A stretch of DNA of 63,273 nt, the filler included, from Octopus bimaculoides (taxonomy: Eukaryota): the NCBI RefSeq assembly GCF_001194135.2. It is 5 parts of 5 records of this genome, joined end to end, with 100 filler letters (N's around TTAATTAATTAA, not from the genome) between each part and the next. Parts side by side here need not be neighbours in the genome. Positions count along the whole stretch, not along the records: positions 9,905 to 38,924 come from NC_068985.1; 4 more parts are not named here. The stretch is one strand, 5' to 3'. Under the pieces are notes generated by a model, which was given only the letters and a program-made list of their open reading frames with translations, did not search any database and was not told where the DNA came from. The position numbers and the translations under genes are program-made. Shown here piece by piece: positions 13,209-24,704 of this stretch (the stretch's first letter is position 1; each line of letters begins with the position of its first letter).

Positions 13209-13210
<2 letters not shown>
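12725..13210 (-). mobile_element. Non-coding ~490-bp element (contains a gap) between (TAA)n tracts
   Basis: (ATT)n at 12671-12724 and (TTA)n at 13211-13275 abut complex sequence with no coding capacity. Confidence 0.55.
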
Positions 13211-13276
<66 letters not shown>

Positions 13277-13629
13277 GTCAAATTTCTTGTTCTCTTTTAC
13301 TTGTGTTTATTGTTGATATCCCTGTTTATCATCAATCACAAGGTTTCCTTGTTAAAATAATGCAGACAAGACACCAAGACTCGCTATTATTTTGCATTGT
13401 TGACGCTGAACTTGAATATTGAGAAATTAGTCTGTAATATATTTGTGTTGTTTTCTTTCTGCTTCTTCTTTTGTATGTGTGATTTGTAAATTGTAGGGTT
13501 GTAGACGTTGTAAGTTTGTGGTGGAAGGAAGAGAGTAATTAAAGGGCAATACATACGTAGATCCTAGAAGAATAAAAAGAAGCAAACGAGAAGTATATGA
13601 AAGGGGAGAGAAAAAAGGTTGGTAGATAA

Positions 13630-13630
<1 letters not shown>

Positions 13631-13722
<92 letters not shown>
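13631..13722. repeat. (GA)n microsatellite
   Basis: Seen directly. Confidence 0.98.
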
Positions 13723-13728
<6 letters not shown>

Positions 13729-13857
13729 TGAGAGAAGGTGGGTGCACAGATAAAAAGACAGACAGACAGACAGACAAAAAGGCAAGCAGGGGGATTGATA
13801 GATGCAGAGATAAAAATGTGTGTGTGTAGATACATACATACATACATACATACATAC

Positions 13858-14533
13858 TTGAAGAGGCAAGTTGCGTATTTGGCATGGGAGACTATCGAAA
13901 ATACGATGAATACTATCCCCAACTTTGGAACCACAACTACCAGCCTTGTTAGATAACTGGTTAATCTTCAGAGGAATTAACTGAGGCAGCCTTTTATTCA
14001 CGATCGTAGTGATTTTCGACAGAAACTTGAATTTTGCATGCAGAGAGTTACTACCAACAACACAATCGAGGAACAGAACAAAAACAACAGCTCAACAGGT
14101 AAACAAACTCATTTCTCTTGGAGTTATGAATTGAATAATGATCTATTTAACTGCTACGAAAAAGCGAAACAAAACCCCGCTGTTGGCTATATGAATCGAT
14201 TGAAATCATATTTGGACGATCTGCATCCAGAATTAAATCATTTTACTGCGAAGCAACTACGCCAACAAGCAACATTCGTAGAACAAAATGAAGGTTAATA
14301 ACTAACTTTATTTTTAAAAAATCGAAAATTAACCTTTTTTCCAACTCTATAAACAAAAACGAAAATGTGAATGATATAAGGGCATCACGCGGTTTCGCAG
14401 CTAGCGACATTCCAACAGATTCCATAGTGCTTGCCAGCCAAACTACATTACTAGCTCAAGTAATTGACCAACTGTCCCCCTACTACGGTAAATACTACTA
14501 TGGTAAATAGCAGGCACAACCGCAATGATTATT

Positions 14534-14594
<61 letters not shown>

Positions 14595-14595
14595 C

Positions 14596-14669
<74 letters not shown>

Positions 14670-17600
14670 AGGATTATATGCCGGTGAAATGTGCCCTTAC
14701 TGAAATTTTCCGAGAAAAAATTATTCTGGCTTTGAAGGACTCTTTCGAGGAGAGAGAATTCTGTACCAAAGTAAGTAAAACTCCACCAAATACAGTATTA
14801 AAAGCTGTTGACGAAATTGATGATGAGTATTTACAACAGTGTGATGAACCTACATACTGGCAGATTAACGCCTGTCTATATGCTCTGGCTGTGGACGCGC
14901 AATGGCCCAGTGGTTAGGGCAGCGGACTCGCGGTCATAGGATCGCGGTTTCGATTCCCAGACCGGGCGTTGTGAGTGTTTATTGAGCGAAAACACCTAAA
15001 AGCTCCACGAGGCTCCGGCAGGGGATGGTAGCGAACCCTGCTGTACTCTTTCACCACAACTTTCTCTCACTCTTCCTGTTTCTGTTGTACCTGTAATTGA
15101 AAGGGCCAGCCTTGCCACACTGTCACGCTGAATATCCCTGAGAACTACGTTAAGAGTACACGTGTCTGTGGAGTACTCAGCCACTTGCACGTTAATTTCA
15201 CGAGCAGGCTGTTCCGTTGATTGGATCGACAGGAACCCTCGATGTCGTAAGCGACGGAGGGTCAACAACATATGCTCTGGCTACTACTGCAAAACAGTAC
15301 ATGAATGATATTCAAAAAGTAAACAAAACCGATATAACAAAGAAAGTACCATCCTGGGTTTTGAAGACAGAAAAAAAGGTAACTGGTTTACGGAAGACCA
15401 TCATGTAATGATGCTTATTGCAAGCAAGCAAGCAAATCACTATACGTTCCACCAACAGAAAGTAAAGAAGGAGATAGAAATGATGTTTGGAGACAGCAAA
15501 AAGGGGACACTCACTTGCAAACTGATTAGCCTCAAACAGGGGCTAATTGCTGTCAGTGAAAAACTCCGACATCAGAAGAGAATAACTGAGAGAACATTAA
15601 ACAAAAAAATTAACCGCAACCAGGCAGCAGTATACAGAATCATGAGAGGAGGAGCAATAAATATCAGAGGAATTCCTTCACGAGAAGACAGACTCCTTCT
15701 GAAGGAAAATCTGAAGTGAAGAGAAGGAATTTAACCAAGATACTCTGTGACTGGAAGAAATCCGAAAAAGTTATTATTCTTGCGTTACATCCAAGACATA
15801 CAACATTGGTGGTGAAACTCTTGTAACTGTGATCCAGAAACTCCAGGAGGAAAAAGCACCTGGAAGAGACTTGATTGTTGTATATTGGTACAAGATGCTA
15901 ACATTCTACCGACCATATCTTATCAATTTGTACCAGCAAGCTTTCATTGGGAACAGTAGCATACCACACTGGTTGGCTCTGGCAGAGACAAAGTTGATCC
16001 CCAAATGCAGAGAAAAAATTGATCCCCAAATGCAGAACCACCCACATGGCAAAAAACTACCGGCCAATTGCATGCCAGAACTTAATGTATAAGATGTATA
16101 CAGCATGTTTAAACCTCTTCCTCCAGGACCATTGTGAAACCAATAACATTATCACAGCAGAAAAAGCAGATGGGAGGAAGGGAGTTTGAAGATGTGTCGA
16201 GCAACTGTTAATCAACAAAACTGTGATATCAGAGGTGCGAAAGTATAGGAGGAACCTAGTTTCAATGTGGCTAAACTACAACAAAGCCTTTGACTCTGTT
16301 CCCCACTCATAGATTCTAGAAACCCTTCATCTTGCTAAAGTTCCAGTGAGAATAATCAAAGCCATAGCTGACCTGACTTCATCGTAGGCCACCATTTTGA
16401 AATTAAACACAAAGAGTGACTGTATTATCACCAATAAAATACAATGTCGCAAAGGCATATTCTAAGGAGGCAGCCTCCCTGTGATGTTTATACTTTCTAT
16501 AAACCCCTTGGCATTCATGTTAAAGAAAGCTGAAGGATATCTCACTGGTTCACAAGAAAACAGGAATACCAAAATTACACACTGTTCGTTTGTGGATGAC
16601 TTAAAACTTTAAGCAAAGAATATGCAGGAGATGAAAAAGAGTCTTGACCTTGTTACAACATTCTCAAAGGATGAAGGGCTGGAGTTTCGTCAGGATAAGT
16701 GTTTTTATATGGTTGTGAAAAGGGGGAAAATTATAAACCGGACTAGTAACATCAATGATTTGACTGTTACCCCTGCATCTAACAAGGAATGTTACAGGTA
16801 TCTAGGGGTGGATGAAAATATATCTTACACCTCTAACAAAACACATGTCACTAAAGAATACTACAGCTGAATAAAGAAAATTCGGACCTCAGAACTCTCT
16901 ACATTTAATAAAGCAGTGGCCCACAATGAGTTTGCAGTGCCAATACTCATACCAACATTTGGGCTGCTTGACTGGACACTTGATGAGATCCTAGCCATTG
17001 ATGTGAAAACCCGAAAAATGCTAACATGCTCACATAATTTCCACATAAACAGTGACGTAGACCGCCTCTACCTAAAACGTAAACAAGGCGGCAGAGGCTT
17101 AACATCGATCCAAAATGCCTTTGAATGTCGCATCATATCCCTTCGGCAACATCTTTCTGCATCCATGTGTCGAAGTGAATCCCTTGACCAAGTTTGCATA
17201 CATGAGGCTGATAACACCATAAGACATGGAAGGCAGCTCCTTGAGCAACACTCTGTGTCTGATAACCTAGAATACATGCCCAAAGAAGTCGCACGACTCT
17301 ACCGCAACGTATCATTAGATGAAAGGATGAACCTATATGAGCAGAAGACTATGCATGGATATGTTAGTAGAAAGCTCCGTGATGATAGTAACATCGATCA
17401 TCAATGCATTTTATCATGGACCAATAGCCGGATTACTATCTCCCACTTTGAAGGGTAAGAGTTTGCAATCCAGGAACAGGAAATATCAACCAAGTACCGG
17501 ATGCACAAAAGAGATAGAGATATGGGGAAAATCGTTAAATGTGACAGTCGATGCAGACTTTGTGGCGTACACACTGAAGATATCACCCACATCATAAGCA

Positions 17601-18219
17601 GTTGTCCGAAAATGTCATCAAGGTATTATTTACCGATGAGACATGATGCTGTAGCTAGGACACTCTATAATGAAATCCATCGGAAGGATAATCCCGAGGA
17701 CAAAGAAATGAAAACCCACAATATGGTAGAAGCTGCAGCCACTCATAATGAAAAGGAATACGGGTGGAATGTCCCAGTGAAGATCTCAATAAAATATAAG
17801 CACAACAGACCTGATATAATGATTTGGGATAGAGAAGAGAAATTGTGCACAGTTGTGGAAATTAGCTGCCCAACCGATGTTAACATAAAGCTAAAGATCA
17901 GTGAAAAAGAGAACACCTATGCTGAACTATTGAGAAATCTGCAGTTACACTATCCAGATTACAAGTTCAGGTTTATATCTGTAATCATTGGGGTCCTAGG
18001 ATATGTAACACACTATCTAAATACCAATCTTGAGACATTAGTCTCCTCAAAACCAGAAAAGAGAAAGCTTATTCGAAGACTACAGATCCAATCCATCACT
18101 GGAACCGTAAAAGTCTGTAAAACCATCCAGAAATTTATCATTTAAATATATATGAGCATGTCTAGATATGTAACTATATGCATGAGAATACATACATAAA
18201 ACATACAAATCTGCTCATG
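13858..18219 (+). mobile_element. Near full-length R4/Dong-like RLE non-LTR retrotransposon, multiple stops and frameshifts
   Basis: N-terminal WSYELNNDLFNCYEKA..GYMNRL (14038-14298); RT motifs KAPGRD, QLLINK, KAFDSVPH, FVDDLKL, YRYLGV, VDRLYLKRKQGGRGL; CCHC knuckle CRLCGVHTEDITHIISSC; RHD; RLE KHNRPDIMIWD...VEISCP; stop at 18145. Confidence 0.9.
14891..15269 (+). mobile_element. tRNA-derived SINE (family C) nested in the R4-like ORF, 13-bp TSD
   Basis: A box TGGCCCAGTGG, B box GTTTCGATTCC, CAACAAC tail; ATATGCTCTGGCT duplicated at 14878-14890 and 15270-15282. Confidence 0.9.
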
Positions 18220-18487
18220 CATACATACATACATACATACATACATACATACATACATACATACATACATACATACAAAAATACCGTTGTTGGCGTTGAA
18301 ATTCCAATGAAGGAACCTTGGATCCAGATTAGGAACTGGTTCGTTTTCTATTGGCAAGAAATCTTGAAATAAATTGAATAATGAGAAACATATACACATA
18401 CAATATATGCATGTATGTATATATGTATATATAAGAGAGAAAGATAGATAGATTGCTCGAAGGATATTAAGACAGACATGTAAATAA

Positions 18488-18579
<92 letters not shown>

Positions 18580-19369
18580 GTAGGTTAGTTCGTTCTACGT
18601 GACACATTCTACCAGTATCCGAAGTGTTTAGTTTTAAAAAATTAATTAAAAAATCTGGCCATCAAATTGAAAAGAACCTATTAAGGTTTTAACAAGGACA
18701 ATAAACAACAACATTGTAAAGGAGTTTAAATAATCAGTTGAGAAATATTCTATTGTCAAGCTGTACTACAAACATAAAGGCACGTGGTTTTTGTCCCTGA
18801 ATCGTTGTCTGTCTCTGCTTACTTCTTTGTCTGCCTCCAACTATCTCTTTTTCTCAGGCACTCAGAATACACCCTACCATCTTAACATAGAAATTAATGA
18901 ATGCCACAAGATGTTATGACTGGAAGTGTTTTTATTAAACAACAACTTAGAACAAATTAGAGGAAGTTAGATGCTCGTTTGACCTTCTAGGTAGACCCCA
19001 AAAAAGAACTCTCAGTCAATTCCATTGGATGAGTTAAGACTAGATACTTTTTATTTGACGTAAGACGAGATGGTTACGGTAGAACTCATTAAACCATACC
19101 TCCGCTCGACCACAGCTAACCTAAGACAACATTCTCAATATACAAATAATATCACTAACAGCTCGATATTACCAAATACATGTATTTTCCTGTCCCCATC
19201 ACCACCATAATCAATACTGTGTTTTCTTTATCGATCAGTCAGTGAGGAGAGCAATGCCTGTGACCCCTTTTCGTGGGATAAGGAGAGAGGGAGGAAAGCA
19301 TCCTTTAACTGGGACCAACAGGTGGAGCTAAGCCGTGCGGCAGATTAAGTCAACACCCAAATAGGCCAA

Positions 19370-19620
19370 AGCGAAATTTGAACTCAGAATGCAAAAGGGC
19401 CGGAACAAATACCACAAAGCTTCCAAGCTGACGCACTAACGATTCCATTAATTCCCCCCACTCCTTTTACTTGTATTTTAATTATCGATACTAGAAAGAT
19501 GAAAAGCAAAACGATGGCCTGATTTAAACTCAAGCCACAAGGAGGAACCAGAACAAATACTGGAAGGCGTTTTGTCCAAAGCTCTAACACTCCAACGAAT
19601 TTGCTGCCTATGCAACCTAC
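19370..19620 (-). mobile_element. Two degenerate SINE family B fragments
   Basis: gaactcagaatgc, tatcgatactagaaagatgaaaagcaaa similarity to family B. Confidence 0.55.
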
Positions 19621-19637
19621 TATTGCTACAACTACTA

Positions 19638-19700
<63 letters not shown>

Positions 19701-19799
19701 TACACATAAGTGTGTGTCTGTATATGTGTATACACACTCATATATTTAATTCTTTGGCATTTCCAAACTTCATAACGTAAGTTTGGATCTTACACAGAA

Positions 19800-20990
19800 A
19801 CAATACTCCATCGTTGAAATTTAGTCAACTTCAACAGTAAAGGGTTACATGCTAAACTTTAGAAAAGACATATTTTCTTTGTCTTGCTTTCGGATTAAAT
19901 TTGCAAAATATCAGTCTAGACGGTTTTTATTTGCTTGAAAACGAAATTGCAAACACCAATGGTTTCTCTTACCATGGAACAATCTTAGAAATTTAGAGTA
20001 CATATGTAAATTTATAATCTGTGTTGAGAAATTTTAGAGCTCGGAGTAGTCAGTTGGTCAGAAATGTTCTCCTTACAAGTTTTGAGCGAAATGTTCATAT
20101 TCCCTAAGCAAACAGGCCCCCAAAACTGAAAATCATTTATCTTTTGTTTGTGTTTTGCATAACTCTCTTAAGTCTTTTGTGTCGGATATAATGAGAATGT
20201 TTCACCAAAACTTATGTTAGCATGAGTGTTAGATTGTCGAATCTGTAAGATTAGGCCCACAGCTATCGCTGGGGTTTTGTTGCTTTTTCACCCCAGATCT
20301 TTGCGTTCTGTGTTCAAATTTTAACACTATCAATTTTTAAAGTATTTTTTTAAATCCCTAACATGTCAAAGAAGAATTCAATGCACTCAATATTAGAAAA
20401 GTATTTTATCTTTTTCTGGACCAATCCTTCTTATGGATAGTTTTGTACATTGTTTTAGTGACAACATTACATCATATCAAAAGATATGACGTTAAAGACA
20501 TATCGTCCACTGATATGTAATATAAGTACCTTCTGTTGCTTTTTAAAGTTATAAGCGTTTTACTCTATTTTTTGTCCTACTGATTTTTAATAGTTATCTG
20601 TTGTTCTTGGATTGCAAAATCATAACTTTTGAAATGTGATGTGATGCAACGGTCATCGGTACAAGAAATGCCAATTTGACATTGGCCGCATTTTCAAATT
20701 TCCAGGATAGATGTGCAATCACAACCATTTGTTGATATACAGAATATTTCTCCACTAGGCTTTTCTAAGATGATTTTGTCCAGAGGTTCTGAAGAAACAT
20801 AATCAGGAACTAAGAATTTTTTGAGTTTACATCCGTCTGTAATATTTTGCTCTTATATATTTGAAAACTTAATTTTTGTATTTGTTTCTTGCTAGTATTG
20901 CTGTAGCAATTCTCTTGCTTACTTTGGTAATTTCATTACCACTTGCGCTACAGGTATCTTGATGATGTTGTTTAAGAGCAGGAGTTCTCA
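19800..20990 (-). mobile_element. Possible very old hAT transposon relic
   Basis: CAGGAGTTCTCAACC TIR-like sequence near 20980 and complex stop-riddled sequence; no clean motif recovered. Confidence 0.25.
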
Positions 20991-21478
20991 ACCGCTTTAG
21001 AGTCACCACTTACTGTCACGTGGAAAACTTTTCTACCATCCGCCTGTATAGTAAATATCCAAAAAAGAATCAAAAAATTAACTAAAAATAAACAGTTTTT
21101 CCGTTACAAAATACTTTATTGGAAGTAATTTAAAGTAGTAACGTCAGATGTTTGGCACACGCAATATTACCAATGTCAAAAATCAACACACATTCTAGTG
21201 TTCTGAATTTAACATCAGTTTTAGACTTTCAATGCTTGATGTTTGTAAAGGTTCTGTTTTTACAATGAAAATTTTCAACGTATAAGGAAATGTTAATCAC
21301 AAAAGATAAGTCTATTTTGGAACCATTGAATCTATTTTTCATGAGCATAAAGTCCCACTGACAAACATCGTTGCCTGCTATGATGAGTATGAACTGAAAT
21401 TTCGAATCCTGTTTAGCAGCTAACTGCATGACATTTACTACAGCAACTGCTACTACTACTACTACAAATACTACTACT

Positions 21479-22240
21479 GGAAAGACTTCCTCCCGCCCCC
21501 TACCCCTCACACACCATTTTCTCCCAATTTTTTTGTTTTTTTCTGCCAAAAACATCTGTTTTCGGATACGGAGATTCCGGAAAATTGCCAAAAATCGGCA
21601 TTTTGAAATTTCGACCACCCCCGTTCCTCCCCAATTTCCTCATTTTTCACTTTTTTCCGTAACCCTAAACGTAACGTTAACCCTAAAGCTCTAACCCTAA
21701 CCCTAACCCTAACCCTAAAACCCTAACCCTAACCCTAACCCTGAAACCCTAACCCTAACCCTAACCCTAACCCTAAACCTAAAACCCTAACCCTAACCCT
21801 AACCGTAACGGTAACTACAAACCCTAACCCTAACCCTGAAACCCTAGCCCTAACCCTAACCCTAACCCTAAACCTAAAACCCTAACCCTAACCCTAACCG
21901 TAACGGTAACTACAAAAATTTTTGGAAATTTTTTTCAGAATTATCTCCGTATTTTTCCGCGTATTTAAAAAAAGAAAAATTCTGAAAAAAAATTTTACAA
22001 ACATTTTTGGAAACATTTTTTCAGGAATCATAATCTCCGTATTTTTCCGCTTATTTTGAGGAACAAAAATCTGAAACAAGTTTAAAATGAAGAAATAGGG
22101 GGTGGGGTTAATTTCAAAATGCCGATTTTTGCCAATTTTTTGGCAGATTCGTATTCTCCGTAGCCGAAAACAAGGGTTTGTATAGAAAAAAATAAAATAA
22201 AAAGTGGGTGTTTTGGTGGGATACAAAAGGAAGTCTTGCC
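21479..22240. mobile_element. MULE/foldback-like MITE with ~150-bp imperfect TIRs and an internal telomeric array
   Basis: Ends GGAAAGACTTCC / GGAAGTCTTGCC; shared subterminal block GCCAAAAATCGGCATTTTGAAATT; ACTACTACT (9 bp) on both sides. Confidence 0.7.
21690..21899. repeat. Interstitial (TAACCC)n = (TTAGGG)n array with variant units
   Basis: About 30 TAACCC-like units, with an internal ~65-bp duplication ending TAACCGTAACGGTAACTACAAA. Confidence 0.95.
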
Positions 22241-22259
22241 ACTACTACTACTGATTACA

Positions 22260-22448
22260 GGCAAATTCACCGCCGTCAATTCACCGCAGGATAATTCACC
22301 GCCATCAATTCACCGCAGAATAGTTCACCGCCATCAATTCACCGTGAGGAATGTTCACCGCGAAAATATATCCATAGTATCTCACCATTAATAGTTAAAA
22401 ACTATTTTATTGTAAAGAAAATACGGTGAATTGATGACGGTGAACTTC
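22260..22448. mobile_element. Small MITE with TTCACCG subterminal repeats
   Basis: Seven direct TTCACCG units at 14/15-bp spacing and two inverted CGGTGAA units at the other end. Confidence 0.6.
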
Positions 22449-22499
22449 TACTACTACTATCACCAGTACAACGGCTAAAACAAACCTGTAATGGTTTCA

Positions 22500-22690
22500 A
22501 ATATTGGTAGAGGGCCACCGGTTTTTGAGGGGAAGGAGAAGACAATTAAATAGACCCCAGTACTTGGCTAGTATTTATTTTATCGACCACGAGCATGAAA
22601 GGCAAAGTCGACCTCGACAGAATTTGAGCTCGGAACGTAGAGACGGAGGAAATGCCGCTATGCATTTTATCCAAGGTGCAAGCGGTTCTA
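22500..22690 (-). mobile_element. SINE family B copy
   Basis: GAAAGGCAAAGTCGACCTCGACAGAATTTGAGCTCGGAACG. Confidence 0.75.
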
Positions 22691-22885
22691 CGAGCTTCTC
22701 GCCTTGAACAAACCTATAATTAACNNNNNNNNNNNNNNNNNNNNNNNNNNNNNNNNNNNNNNNNNNNNNNNNNNNNNNNNNNNNNNNNNNNNNNNNNNNN
22801 NNNNNNNNNNNNNNNNNNNNNNNNNNNNNNNNNNNNNNNNNNNNNNNNNNNNNNNNNNNNNNNNNNNNNNNNNNNNNNNNNNNNN

Positions 22886-22931
<46 letters not shown>

Positions 22932-23620
22932 TACACACACATACACATAACAATACATGTTTATATGTATGTTATATGTATGTACCGGTTTGCCTGTTTG
23001 TCAATAAAAGGAGCACAATGAAGCCCAGGAGACCACGTGTTCATTTATGTCTAATACATTGTATATTGATAGATTTATGTATTTATTTTTTCAATACTCT
23101 GTTTCATTACCCAAATGCCTGAGGACAGATACGATTTTAATAAACAACGCTTGTGTATAATTAATTAAATGACACGACTTACGACATGCCGTATGTATAT
23201 ATATAAATGTGTGCACGTGTGTGTGTGTGTTTGTGTGTGTTTGTGTGTGTGTGCGTGTGGGGGGAGTGTAAGAATATGCATTCATACATACCGCTTACGC
23301 ACACGCACACACAAACATATTCTCTGTTTCTCGACCGCCTTCGGCGAAGCTTCACTGTCAGTCATTCTGTTTGCATAATGTGTGTGTGTGTGCGCGTGCG
23401 TGTGTGTGCATTTGTGTATTTATGTATGTTTGTATGTATGTAAATGTATATGTATGACTATATATTTGTGTTTGCATATGTGTGAGTTTGCGCCCGCGTG
23501 TGTGTAGGGAGAGATGCAGATAGATAGATAGATAGATATTTATATAAAGGGCATTATTACAGAATTTCCATTGTCACTATAAATTTCCTTTTTCCCATTT
23601 ATTTTCTTTATTTTCTGTTT

Positions 23621-24006
23621 TACCTCCGCCTTAGCGAAGGCGGAGGTATTGTTTTCAGTCGTGTTTGTTTATTTGTTTGTTTGTCCGTGGACAAGATATC
23701 TCAAGATACACTGGATGGATTCGGATGAAACTTCTAGAGATGTTTGGCCTCGTGACTGGCACGAACTGATTAGATTTTGGGATCGATCCGGTATCGGACA
23801 AGGATTCTGGATTATTATTCCTGTTTTTTTGGGGTTTTTTTACTTAATTTTTCAGAGCGGTCGGGTTCATTTTTAGTATTCTCGTTTGTGAGAACAGTCA
23901 GTCGCGTTTATTTCAGTTATTCTTATTTTAAAATTCCTCTCCAGCTAATTGTTGAGAGGACGTTAGTGTTGCCTTGGCAGGGATTTGCGCTCTCTGCGTG
24001 CTTTTG
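23621..24006 (+). mobile_element. HINE/DINE-1-like non-autonomous Helentron-type element
   Basis: Perfect 12-bp stem TACCTCCGCCTT-agcg-AAGGCGGAGGTA, then a (GTTT)n tract, and a 3' end CCTTGGCAGGGATTTGCGCTCTCTGCGTGCTT. This architecture matches DINE-1/HINE elements. Confidence 0.6.
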
Positions 24007-24189
24007 TTTTCATTTGTTTTCCTATTTTTTATTTTTTATTATTTCCTTTTTCTTTCTTTCTTCGCATTTTTTCTATCACATGACTTTGTAAATGAACAAT
24101 CTGGTGTATTTATTTTAATGGCCTACCAATGTATACAATAAGTTTTTTTTGCCCTAGGTGTCGGGAAGACACTCGGCAGGAAATGGAAA

Positions 24190-24450
24190 TAAAATTGAAA
24201 GAAGAGAATAGTACGTAGCGGCGGGCGAAATGCTGCTAATCTATTTTGTCCGGCGTAGTAACGATTCAGCCAGCTCACCGCTTTAATACTAATAATGATG
24301 ACCCTTTCCACTAAAGGCACAAGACCTGAAATTTGTGGGGAGGGGACAAGTCGATTACATCGATCACAGTGCTTCACTGGTACTTAATTTATCGACCTCG
24401 AGGATGAAGGTCAAAGTCGACCTCAGCGGAGTTTGAACTCAGAACGTTGG
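24190..24450 (-). mobile_element. SINE family B fragments
   Basis: Core and head blocks match family B. Confidence 0.7.
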
Positions 24451-24704
24451 TGCCTTTTAATGCTGGCAATCTTTTTCCTACTTCTTTACTCATTACTTAC
24501 AGCAACTCATCTAAGATCTTCTGATCTTCCTCATTTAAATCATTTAAGTCGTTGATACCAGTTGTCCCTTCCTTATTGGTAGCGCTATTATTATTGTTTC
24601 CTTTAGGTTCTTCTTTGGTTTAAGCTGTGTCTCTTATGTTGTTGTTTGTCTTTCCTGCTACCTGGCTTTTCTTTTCCAGTTCTCTTGTGATCCCTAGTAT
24701 GTCT

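Noticed and set aside
13150-13210. HDV-like ribozyme at the 5' end of the TAA-flanked element
   Set aside because: A P2-like pairing exists (CCAGGCAGT/ACTGATTGG), but P3, P1.1 and P4 do not fit.
21690-21899. Chromosome end or fusion site
   Set aside because: Short single-orientation array enclosed by TIRs and a TSD; no head-to-head arrays.
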